64,000 nt of DNA, from the NCBI GenBank assembly GCA_963662665.2, contig CAXXJS010000030.1:1-64000 (forward strand), read 5' to 3'. Shown in pieces: positions 30,148 through 38,660 of this stretch. The position numbers and the translations under genes were made by a program. Position 1 is the stretch's first letter; the number at the start of each line of letters is the position of its first letter. The DNA is from Candidatus Latescibacterota bacterium. Its GTDB lineage: Bacteria; Latescibacterota; UBA2968; GCA-2709665. The notes beneath the pieces are model-generated. The model searched no databases and was not told where the DNA came from. It worked only from the letters and a program-made list of their open reading frames with translations.

Positions 30148-30897
30148 ATGGAGCAGGATCTGTCACCAATCTTCAAGCGCTGGATTTTCAATCCTGAAAA
30201 AACATGTGCCAGGAAGATTGTGGGAATCGACGGACGGGAGAAGCTGCAGGTCCGATTCGAACTGGGCCTCCTGCAGATGGAAATGACCGGTCGACCCGAC
30301 GGTACATCTCCGAAGGGATATGAGTCTGCCCTCGATGCATACCTGGACCGCCTGGAAGACCACCGCAGGCAACACGGTACAGACGAGGGATTCCGCCTGG
30401 ATGAGTGTGCGTGCAATGTGTTGTGGACGGAAGGCGTTCAATTCTATCAGCGGTTCATCTGTCTTCTGCACCTGGGCGATTATGAGAGCGTTCTAAGGGA
30501 CACCACACACAATCTGGCGTTGCTGGATCTGGTCAGGACATACGCCGGCAATGATGAGATCATGTGTGAATTTGAGCGTTCCCGGACGTGCGTGCTCATG
30601 GTACACGCCAGATCCAAGGGAGAAATCTGTCTTCAGAACGGAGACTCAGAGGGTGCGCTCGAAGTAGTACGGGAGGGAATCGAAGAGATCCGGTGTTTCC
30701 TGAACGGATCCGGAGATCCGGAGCCTCTCGATTTCACCGAAGAGCTTCGTTCGCTGGAAGATTGGGCGGAAGAGATCCGACAGCGATATCCGGCGCCCGC
30801 CAGGAAGAGCCTTTTCGAACAGATTGAGACGGCGGTTGCCGAGGAGCGATACGAACAGGCCGCAATATTGAGAAACCGTCTGCGCGGATTGAACTGA
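30148..30897 (+). CDS. UvrB/UvrC-motif-containing conserved protein
   Basis: LGLLQMEMTGRPDG core; C-terminal AVAEERYEQAAILRN; GGGAG RBS before ATG 30148. Confidence 0.8.
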   Translation: MEQDLSPIFKRWIFNPEKTCARKIVGIDGREKLQVRFELGLLQMEMTGRPDGTSPKGYESALDAYLDRLEDHRRQHGTDEGFRLDECACNVLWTEGVQFYQRFICLLHLGDYESVLRDTTHNLALLDLVRTYAGNDEIMCEFERSRTCVLMVHARSKGEICLQNGDSEGALEVVREGIEEIRCFLNGSGDPEPLDFTEELRSLEDWAEEIRQRYPAPARKSLFEQIETAVAEERYEQAAILRNRLRGLN

Positions 30898-31092
30898 TTT
30901 CGACGACGACAATTGAATGGGGTTTCCACGAGGCGGCTGCGGCGCCGCGTGGGGGAACAGCCTGTATATTCCGGTCCTGAAAAGCGATGCGTTTTCAGAT
31001 CGGGATTTTTTGTATGTGGCGGCGGTGCGGCTTCTGCTGTTTTTTGTACCGTGGTCGGAGTCGTGCAGACGTGACACGTGGTGGAGGACCGG

Positions 31093-32352
31093 ATGAATCT
31101 CGAGTTCATGATCTCACGCAGGCATTTCCGTTCTCTGCGCGCCCGGAGGCGCATCTCTTTTACGATATGTATCGCCGCGGTCGGCGTGGCGCTGGGCGTG
31201 TCATCGCTTGTGATTGTCATGTCCGTAATGAACGGTTACACAAATATGATTCGCCAGCGTCTGTTGGGCGTGAACGCGCACGTGACCGTGCGCAAGTCCT
31301 ATCGCAAGCCGATTGCGAATTACAAGCCGGTCATCCGCACCTTGGAGGAACACAATGAAGTGCTTGCGGCGTCGCCATATATCCACGCGGAGGGGTTTGT
31401 GTTCCGGAAGCCAGCCGGAGAGGAAGCGGTGAAGTCGGGCGTTCTCGTGCGCGGCGTGGACCCTGCGGGTTTTCTCCGCACCAGCGACGTCGGGTCCTAT
31501 ATCAAGGAAGGGAAAATTGATCTCGGTCCGGGCGAAAAACAGGGTCCGCGGGCGGTACACGGGGTTCTGATGGGCGAGGTTCTGGCGCAGAAACTGGGTG
31601 CGCGCGCCGGCGCCGAGGTTTTCCTGGGTCTGGTTCCGAAGGATGTTTTCGGTGGCAGCGCACGCCGATGGCAGCGTTACCGGGTAACCGGTGTCTTCAA
31701 TACGGGTTATTTCGAGTTCGATTCCCGATTGATCTATATTTCTCTCGCGGCCGCAAGACGGGATCTGGATTGGCAGGACGTCGCAACGGGCATTCGACTG
31801 CGATTGCAGGATCCAATGGAAGCCGACCGGCTCAGCGAGACGTTCAGACAGGTTCTGCGTGAAACGTTTCCGGGGCTGTTTGCCTCATCGTGGACGCGGA
31901 ACTTCGGGAACTTCTACGTGTTGATCCAGCTGCAGAAGTGGACCTTCTTCCTGATTCTGAGTCTTATAGTGGTGGTGGCGGGGTTCAACATAATCAGTAT
32001 TTTAACAATGAATGTGACCGATCGTCGTCGGGAGATAGGAATTCTGAAGGCAATGGGGATGGTCCCGGCGCGGATCGGCCGGATTTTTACCCTGGAGGGG
32101 TTGGTGGTGGGCCTGTCCGGTATCGCGATGGGCAATCTGCTGGGGTTTGCGCTCTGCTGGATTCAGAAGCGGTTCGAAGTGATTCGCATACCGGGGGAGG
32201 TCTACTACGTCAGTTCGCTGCCGGTGGAGATGCGCCCCGAAGATTTCGGCCTGGTTTCCCTGTGCGCAATTCTGATCTGCTACCTCTTCAGCCTCTTTCC
32301 CTCCCGGGATGCCGCGGCGCTGGATCCGGTGGATGCGATTCGCTATGAGTGA
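31093..32352 (+). CDS. LolC/E-family lipoprotein-releasing ABC permease
   Basis: GVALGV..VMSVMNG; VAGFNIIS..RRREIGILKAMG; AAALDPVDAIRYE. Confidence 0.92.
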   Translation: MNLEFMISRRHFRSLRARRRISFTICIAAVGVALGVSSLVIVMSVMNGYTNMIRQRLLGVNAHVTVRKSYRKPIANYKPVIRTLEEHNEVLAASPYIHAEGFVFRKPAGEEAVKSGVLVRGVDPAGFLRTSDVGSYIKEGKIDLGPGEKQGPRAVHGVLMGEVLAQKLGARAGAEVFLGLVPKDVFGGSARRWQRYRVTGVFNTGYFEFDSRLIYISLAAARRDLDWQDVATGIRLRLQDPMEADRLSETFRQVLRETFPGLFASSWTRNFGNFYVLIQLQKWTFFLILSLIVVVAGFNIISILTMNVTDRRREIGILKAMGMVPARIGRIFTLEGLVVGLSGIAMGNLLGFALCWIQKRFEVIRIPGEVYYVSSLPVEMRPEDFGLVSLCAILICYLFSLFPSRDAAALDPVDAIRYE

Positions 32353-32444
32353 CCGTTGGCGCGTACCTGAATCCGGGCACAGGGTGCAGAGGCGCCTGCC
32401 CGCGGTTCTTGACAATGTCGGTTGGCCGGGACGGGTGACAGGCG

Positions 32445-33695
32445 ATGTATGAGTTGACGATTGCACGAAGGTATCTGCGCTCGATGCGCCGCCGCAAGCG
32501 GGTGTCGTTCACGGTGATGGTGGCGGTTATGGGCGTGGGTCTGGGCGTGGCGGCCCTGGTGATCGTCCTGTCGGTGTCGAACGGATTTTCGGCGCTGGTA
32601 TGGGACCGGTTGCTGGGCGTGAACGCGCACGCGACGGTGAGGAAGGAAGGGCGGCAACGGATCGAGGATCCACAGGCGTTGATTGCAGCCCTGGCCGCCC
32701 ATCCCCGGGTTACGGCCGTTTCCCCGTTCGTGGCTTCTGAAGGCGCCCTGTTGCACCGGCCATTTGAAGGCGAAGTATATAGCGCCGGTGTGATGGTCAG
32801 GGGCGTAACGCCGGACGGATTGACGGCGGTAAGCGACCTGGCGGACTACGTCTGGGGAGGCGCTCTGGATCTGGGCGCCCAGGAAACGGGAGGCCGCGGG
32901 CGGGTGTACGGGATCGTGGTCGGGCGCTATCTGGCCGATCAGTTGGGCGTAAGGGTGGGGTCGGAAGTGCATCTGTGGATCCTGCCGCATGAGGTGTTCG
33001 CCGCACAGACCCGGTTTCGCCGATACATAGTCACCGGCATATTCAGTTCGGGGAACCCCGAGTTCGATAGCGGACTGGCCTATGTTTCGCTTGCGGCGGC
33101 CAGGAGGGATCTGGGTTGGGGGAGCGAGATTACCGGAGTCCGCCTTCGGTTCGGTGATCCCTTTAGCGCGCAGGAAATCAGCACAGGCGTTGAGAAGGCG
33201 TCCAGGAGGCTGGATCCGTCGCTATCCGTACATCCCTGGATGCGGGACCACGGCAACCTGTATTTTTCTATTCATCTGGAAAAGTGGGCGAGTTTTCTGG
33301 GTCTGGGGCTGATCGTGGTGGTCGCGGGTTTCAACATCGTCAGCGTGCTTACCATGAACGTGGCCGAAAGGCGCCGGGAGATCGGCATTCTGAAGACCCT
33401 GGGGGTGCCACCGCGAAGGATCGGCCGTATATTCACATGGCAGGGGCTGGCCGTTGGGTTGTCCGGCGTGCTGCTTGGCAATCTTCTGGGCTTTGCCCTG
33501 TGCTGGGCGCAGCAACGTTACGAACTTCTGAAAATCCCCGGAGACGTGTTGATCACCCAGGCGCTGCCCGTGGAGATGCGGGCGTCTGATTTTCTGGCGA
33601 TCTCGGCTTCCGCCGCCCTGGTCTGTTATCTGTTTACGCTGTTTCCGGCCCGAGATGCCGCGGCGCTGGACCCGGTTGAGGCAATCAGGATGTAG
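32445..33695 (+). CDS. LolC/E-family ABC permease, tandem paralog
   Basis: Same motifs as the preceding gene. Confidence 0.92.
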   Translation: MYELTIARRYLRSMRRRKRVSFTVMVAVMGVGLGVAALVIVLSVSNGFSALVWDRLLGVNAHATVRKEGRQRIEDPQALIAALAAHPRVTAVSPFVASEGALLHRPFEGEVYSAGVMVRGVTPDGLTAVSDLADYVWGGALDLGAQETGGRGRVYGIVVGRYLADQLGVRVGSEVHLWILPHEVFAAQTRFRRYIVTGIFSSGNPEFDSGLAYVSLAAARRDLGWGSEITGVRLRFGDPFSAQEISTGVEKASRRLDPSLSVHPWMRDHGNLYFSIHLEKWASFLGLGLIVVVAGFNIVSVLTMNVAERRREIGILKTLGVPPRRIGRIFTWQGLAVGLSGVLLGNLLGFALCWAQQRYELLKIPGDVLITQALPVEMRASDFLAISASAALVCYLFTLFPARDAAALDPVEAIRM

Positions 33696-33810
33696 TGCTC
33701 TGTCCCGGAAATATATCACCGTTCTTCCGCCGATTCATCCCGTCTCGCTACGTTGCCTTCGCTCGCCGACCTTGCGCAGGTCGACTCGCTCAGGCGCCTT
33801 GCCAGCCGGG
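33693..33810 (+). mobile_element. IS630-type MITE remnant; related stub at 42734-42791
   Basis: TAGTGCTCTGTCCCGGAAATA matches the IS630 end TAGTGTTCTGTCCCAGAAATA at 19/21. Internal TCACC..TTCT.CCGCCGATTCATCC..TCGCTACG is shared with 42757-42791. Confidence 0.7.
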
Positions 33811-33883
33811 CGACTCGACGGCCGTCGGTTACGGCGAGCAACCGGTTAGCTCGTCGGAGCGAAAGTGTAACCAAAAGCGCGCA

Positions 33884-34048
33884 ATGGACCCCGATCCGTT
33901 CAAATCGTATCCGCCGGGCGACCCAAGGCGGCCTCCTTCAAGGATCCTCCTGGTTCTTCTGGCCGTTGCCGTTGCGATCGTAGTCACATTGTTCGCCGGC
34001 CTCATTGTTTACTTGCGGGACGTCTGGACTGCGCAGCCGCTGGGTTAG
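33884..34048 (+). CDS. Small single-TM membrane protein (54 aa)
   Basis: MDPDPFKSYPPGDPRRPP followed by a long hydrophobic stretch and a terminator. Confidence 0.5.
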   Translation: MDPDPFKSYPPGDPRRPPSRILLVLLAVAVAIVVTLFAGLIVYLRDVWTAQPLG

Positions 34049-34072
34049 TGCCGCCGGTCCAGGCGCAACGCG

Positions 34073-34102
34073 AAAAGGCCCGGACAACCGTCCGGGCCTT
34101 TT
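34073..34102. terminator. Bidirectional intrinsic terminator
   Basis: AAAAGGCCCGGAC-AACC-GTCCGGGCCTTTT between convergent genes. Confidence 0.85.
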
Positions 34103-34127
34103 GCATATCTCCGTCCCTGAACACCGT

Positions 34128-34865
34128 CTAATACGTAGCCCGTCCGCCGCTGACATCGTAACACTGCCCCGTTGTAAAGGTGGCTTCATCGGAGGCCAGG
34201 AAGTGTACCAGCGCGGCGACCTCGCCGGGTTTGCCCAGGCGTCCCATTGGTATTTTGGATGTCAGAAAAGCGGCCCTGTCCGGATCCAGACTCAGGGTCA
34301 TCTCGGTTTCGATGAGTGCCGGCGCGACGCAATTCACACGGATATTGTCGTCCAGCACTTCCCTGGCCAACGCCTTGGTAAAACAGATGACGCCGGCCTT
34401 CGAGACCGAGTATGCCGCCATGTTGGCGTTTCCTTCCTTGCCGGATATCGAAGCGATGGATACGATCGCGCCACGGTTTCGTTCCGCCATGTGCCCGATA
34501 ACCGCACGCGAGCAAAGAAAGACGCCCTTGAGGTTGGTGTTCACTACTCGGTCCCAGTCCGCTTCACTCAGATCCCGCACCGGCGCCTCAGGACCCACGA
34601 TGCCGGCATTGTTGACGAGGATATCAATCTGACCAAGGCGATCCAGCACGGCGGTCACCATTCGGGTGACGTCCTCACCGCAGGAGATATCCGCCTTCAG
34701 GGTAAGGTTGATGGTGGAAGGTGGGACGTTGGGCGGGTCGAGGTCCGCGATGGCGACGGTTGCGCCCGCAAACGCCAACCGGTCCGCGATGGCGGAGCCG
34801 ATGCCCCTTGCGGCGCCGGTAACGAGGGCAACGCGACCGGTAAGGTCCATAAACGTATGTGACAT
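34128..34865 (-). CDS. SDR-family oxidoreductase
   Basis: TGAARGIG, NNAG, YSVSK, VNCVAP. Confidence 0.93.
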   Translation of the reverse strand: MSHTFMDLTGRVALVTGAARGIGSAIADRLAFAGATVAIADLDPPNVPPSTINLTLKADISCGEDVTRMVTAVLDRLGQIDILVNNAGIVGPEAPVRDLSEADWDRVVNTNLKGVFLCSRAVIGHMAERNRGAIVSIASISGKEGNANMAAYSVSKAGVICFTKALAREVLDDNIRVNCVAPALIETEMTLSLDPDRAAFLTSKIPMGRLGKPGEVAALVHFLASDEATFTTGQCYDVSGGRATY

Positions 34866-34887
34866 GGTCGTACTTTCGATTGGAGAC

Positions 34888-35976
34888 TTACAGGAGTTTC
34901 GTGCCGTCCATGTATTCGATGAATTTCCGGTTCGCCCGTGAGAAGGCATAGTCTCCGAAACGGTCCGGCCCGACCCACCTCACGTCCGAACAGGTCTTCG
35001 CGCACGCTTCGCCGGCTCTGTATTCGCATTGAAAGGCATGCATGGTTACGCTGAAGTGGGTGAAGGCGTGCTTGACGGTTCTGAACCGGACCCGGACGGA
35101 CGCGTCGACACCGGTGGCCTCACGTACCGCGCGAATGCAGGTGTCGCTTAAGGGTTCCTCCTGAAATTGCCGGGCTGAAGGAAATTCCCAGAGCCCGGCA
35201 AGAAGGCCGTTTTCCGGCCGGCGGGCGATCAGGACACTTTCGTTACGGAAGACGATTCCCACGCCCAGCGTGTAGTGGGGACGCGGTTTCTTCGGGGCTT
35301 TGACGGGGAGTGATTCCGCGGCTCCGGCTTGTAATGCGTCGCAATGTTCGGAGATCGGACACGAAGCGCAGCGAGGCGCCCGCGGGCGGCAGACCGTTGC
35401 GCCCAGTTCCATTATCGCCTGGTTGTACTCGCCGGCGTCGCCGCTTTGCAAAAGGTCGTCGGCCAGTTTCTGAAGACTCGTCCTGGTACGTGTCTGTACG
35501 ATGTCGTCCCGGATATCGAAAAGGCGGCAGAGGACCCGGATGACGTTACCGTCGAGTACGGCGTAATCCCGGTCGTAGGCGATGCTCAGGACCGCGGCCG
35601 TGGTGTATGGGCCGAGACCGGGCAGGGATGAGAGATCGTCATAGACATCGGGTACGGCGCCATGGAAACTGTCCACGATGTACCGGGCCGTTTTGTGCAG
35701 GTTCCGGGCGCGGGTATAATATCCGAGGCCCTCCCAGGCCTTGAGAACGCGGTCACTCGGCGCGCGCGCGAGGTCCTGAAACGTGGGGAATTCCCTCAGG
35801 AAACGCGTGTAATACGGGATGACGGTATCGACCTGCGTCTGCTGAAGCATGAACTCCGAAAGGAGAACGTGGTATGGATCGGTCGTATCTCGCCAGGGGA
35901 GGTCCCGCTTTTCACGCCGGTACCAGCCGAGCAGGCCTTGTTTGATCGCGGTTCGTTTTGACGGGTTGACTTTCAT
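34888..35976 (-). CDS. mutY: A/G-specific adenine glycosylase
   Basis: SEFMLQQTQV, WEGLGYY, LPGLGPYT, DGNV, FeS motif CRPRAPRCASCPISEHC, NUDIX-like tail. Confidence 0.96.
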   Translation of the reverse strand: MKVNPSKRTAIKQGLLGWYRREKRDLPWRDTTDPYHVLLSEFMLQQTQVDTVIPYYTRFLREFPTFQDLARAPSDRVLKAWEGLGYYTRARNLHKTARYIVDSFHGAVPDVYDDLSSLPGLGPYTTAAVLSIAYDRDYAVLDGNVIRVLCRLFDIRDDIVQTRTRTSLQKLADDLLQSGDAGEYNQAIMELGATVCRPRAPRCASCPISEHCDALQAGAAESLPVKAPKKPRPHYTLGVGIVFRNESVLIARRPENGLLAGLWEFPSARQFQEEPLSDTCIRAVREATGVDASVRVRFRTVKHAFTHFSVTMHAFQCEYRAGEACAKTCSDVRWVGPDRFGDYAFSRANRKFIEYMDGTKLL

Positions 35977-35994
35977 GATTCCAGGAGGTAAAAC

Positions 35995-36333
35995 TTACTT
36001 CGCGGCGCCTGAACGGTTATCCCTACGGCGACGTTTTTGTTCCGCGATATCACTGGCGTGCCCGGTGACGACTTCCGGCGGGCTGCTTCTGATCAGTTGC
36101 TGGAGCGCCAGCAGGAACAACAGGATATCTTCGCCATAGCCCAGATGCGGGAACAACGCCTCCGGCAGCAGATCCACCGGGGATATTCCATAGAGTATGA
36201 TGAGAATGACCAGCAGTTTGCTGTACCAGGGCACCCGCGGGTCTTTCATCAGGCGCCAGGCGAGTCTGATGTATTGAGGCAGGCGAAACAGAATGGAGAA
36301 GATGCCGCGCATGGCAGTAGCGAGCGGGGTCAC
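35995..36333 (-). CDS. YkvA/DUF1232 family membrane protein
   Basis: DPRVPWYSK..YGISPVDLLPE..LGYGED. Confidence 0.85.
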   Translation of the reverse strand: MTPLATAMRGIFSILFRLPQYIRLAWRLMKDPRVPWYSKLLVILIILYGISPVDLLPEALFPHLGYGEDILLFLLALQQLIRSSPPEVVTGHASDIAEQKRRRRDNRSGAAK

Positions 36334-36376
36334 GAGGACGCGATTCTGATCACTCTAATCCAATTGACGATAGTGT

Positions 36377-37465
36377 CTAGTGTCTTGTCCCATGAATTAG
36401 TTCAAAAAGTCTAGTAATCTTGTCAAGGATCGATTCTGCGGTGGCGGTCCAGACGAACGGTTGTGAGTTGGTGTTGTAATGGTTAGTGAAATCCTGAATG
36501 TTGGCGATGAGGTCTTTCACCTTCTTGAAGGTCCCGCGTCGGATGGCTTTCTGGGTAATGATACCGAACCAGATCTCGATTTGGTTGAGCCAAGACGCGT
36601 AGGTCGGTGTGTAGTGAACGTGATATCGGGGCCTGGCTGCGATCCAGCGTTTGATTTTTTCGTGTTTGTGCGTGGCGTAGTTGTCGACGACGAGATGAAT
36701 GTCAAGGTCCTTCGGGACGTTTTGGTCGATATATTTGAGGAATTGCAGGAATTCCTGGTGTCGATGTCGGGGTTTGCATTGGGCCAGCACCTTGCCGGAA
36801 GCGACCTCTAGTGCGGCGAACAAGGTCGTGGTGCCGTGCCGGATATAATTGTGGGTCACCCCTTCCACATAGCCCAACCCCAAAGGCAATATCGGCTGCG
36901 TTCGTTCCAATGCCTGGATCTGGCTCTTTTCGTCAACGCATAATACCATCGCGTTGTCGGGAGGGTTCAGATACAGGCCGACAATGTCACGTACCTTCTC
37001 GACAAAGAACGGATCATTGGACAGCTTGAAGTGTTTTTGCCGGTGCGGCTGTAGACCAAACGCTTTCCACACGCGCTGAACCGTAGACTTGGACAGTTGC
37101 GTCTGGGCCGCCAGAGAGCGGCAGGTCCAATGGGTGGCTCCCGACGGCTTGTCTTTGAGCGTTGTATAAATCAGCGCGGCGATGCGCTCATCGCTGATCG
37201 ACCGGGGCCCCCCGGGGCGCAATTCATCATAAAGCCCCATCAGACCTTGTTCTAAAAACCGACGGCGCCACTTCCCGACTGTGGCTCCCGACAGACCAAG
37301 CTGTCGTCCAATCTGCTGATTCGACAGCCCTTGATCACTCATCAGAACGATCTTCGCCCGACGTACATGACTGTGCGACATGCTTCTTGAACGGGAAATC
37401 GTTTCCAATTGTGCCCGAACCTCATCCCCAATACTCAGTGGCGCTAACGGACGTCCCCTGGCCAT
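36377..37465 (-). CDS. IS630-family transposase
   Basis: HTH; VDEKSQIQAL; YIRHGTTTLFAAL; DNYATH; SWLNQIEIWF. The stop codon overlaps the terminal TA. Confidence 0.96.
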   Translation of the reverse strand: MARGRPLAPLSIGDEVRAQLETISRSRSMSHSHVRRAKIVLMSDQGLSNQQIGRQLGLSGATVGKWRRRFLEQGLMGLYDELRPGGPRSISDERIAALIYTTLKDKPSGATHWTCRSLAAQTQLSKSTVQRVWKAFGLQPHRQKHFKLSNDPFFVEKVRDIVGLYLNPPDNAMVLCVDEKSQIQALERTQPILPLGLGYVEGVTHNYIRHGTTTLFAALEVASGKVLAQCKPRHRHQEFLQFLKYIDQNVPKDLDIHLVVDNYATHKHEKIKRWIAARPRYHVHYTPTYASWLNQIEIWFGIITQKAIRRGTFKKVKDLIANIQDFTNHYNTNSQPFVWTATAESILDKITRLFELIHGTRH

Positions 37466-37540
37466 AGATTCCTCCTTTCGCTATAAGAAATCTATGGCAA
37501 ATAAACTATTTTTGCAACTTATTTCTGGGACAGAACACTA
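36378..37540 (-). mobile_element. IS630-family insertion sequence
   Basis: Imperfect terminal IRs TA-GTGTCTTGTCCCATGAATTAGTT and AACTTATTTCTGGGACAGAACAC-TA; TA at both ends within CTAG. Confidence 0.93.
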
Positions 37541-37565
37541 GTGTTCTGTCCCAGAAATAAGTTGC

Positions 37566-38558
37566 CTAAATTCCACCGAGGAAAGATCTGACCCTTGGGT
37601 GGTTCAAAACGTCCGGATTGATGATGTGCGCAGGTTTCCGGCCCTCCATGGCGTCGGTGAGTTGCCCGAAGGTCCTGTGGTCCAGGCGTACCGCCGAAGC
37701 GTCGGTCATTCCGGCGTTGTGGTTGGTACAGATGATGCGAGGGTGGCCCTTGTGGATGGCTCGGGGGCCGTCCACGGGGTCGTCTACCACGTAGTACCAG
37801 AGTCGCTTTTCGACAATGGCGCGGTTGACGGCGACGTCGTCAACGAGGGTGCCCCGGGAGGGGTTGATAAGGGAGGCATGGGGCTGCATGGCGCACAGGA
37901 GTTCGTACGTGACGATGGTGTCGGCTCCGGAAACGTGCAGCGAGACGGTGTCGCATTCCCTGAACAGGTCTATGGGATCGCCGACAGGCTCCGCCCCGAA
38001 CCGGGACGCCAGTTCGGCAATGTCCGGCCGCACGTCGTATACGAGCAGGCGCCCTCTTTCACCCAGAAGGGGCTTTGCGCGTTCGGCGACGGCCTGACCG
38101 ATGCGGCCGAATCCGAAAAGGCCCAGCGTGGTTTCGGCGGCTTCGTACGTTCTGATGAGAGAAAAGTCACCGCTGTGGGAGAGTCGGTTCAGGGTGTAGA
38201 CTCTTTTCAGCGTTGCCATCCACTGGGCAATGGCGTATTCGGCTACCGTGACCAGGTGCTCCGGGGAAATGGTTACGATAACCCCGTGTCGCGTGGCGAT
38301 CTCCAGATTGACCTTTTCGTAGCCCACACCCCAGCGCGAAATGATGCGCAGGTCCGCTGCGGTCTCGTAGAAACCCTCGTGAATGAGCGCGGAACTCGCG
38401 ATAACGCCAACCACGCCATCGGCATCGTTTTCCGTAAGTTCGCCAGTGTAGTATTCCACACTGGCATAGTTGGCCAGACCCGCCAGGTGGTTCTGTCGGC
38501 TTTCCGAGTCGAATTCGGGGTTCTGCATGTTGGCTGACAGCAGGAATCTTCGTGACAT
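37566..38558 (-). CDS. D-2-hydroxyacid dehydrogenase family protein
   Basis: SRWGVGYE, GLFGFGRIG, INPSRG, HNAG. Confidence 0.88.
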   Translation of the reverse strand: MSRRFLLSANMQNPEFDSESRQNHLAGLANYASVEYYTGELTENDADGVVGVIASSALIHEGFYETAADLRIISRWGVGYEKVNLEIATRHGVIVTISPEHLVTVAEYAIAQWMATLKRVYTLNRLSHSGDFSLIRTYEAAETTLGLFGFGRIGQAVAERAKPLLGERGRLLVYDVRPDIAELASRFGAEPVGDPIDLFRECDTVSLHVSGADTIVTYELLCAMQPHASLINPSRGTLVDDVAVNRAIVEKRLWYYVVDDPVDGPRAIHKGHPRIICTNHNAGMTDASAVRLDHRTFGQLTDAMEGRKPAHIINPDVLNHPRVRSFLGGI

Positions 38559-38660
38559 GCAACTCCTCGGTAATTGAAGTGAGGTGGCGCCAGCGTAATC
38601 GAATAGCCGTCGGCATCCGGTTCAGGGCCGGACCGAAGCTGGAATCACCAGGACGGAAAT

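Noticed and set aside
34700-34740. Heptamer-like repeat insertion in the SDR gene (PPNVPPSTINL)
   Set aside because: The periodicity is too weak to distinguish from a natural short loop.
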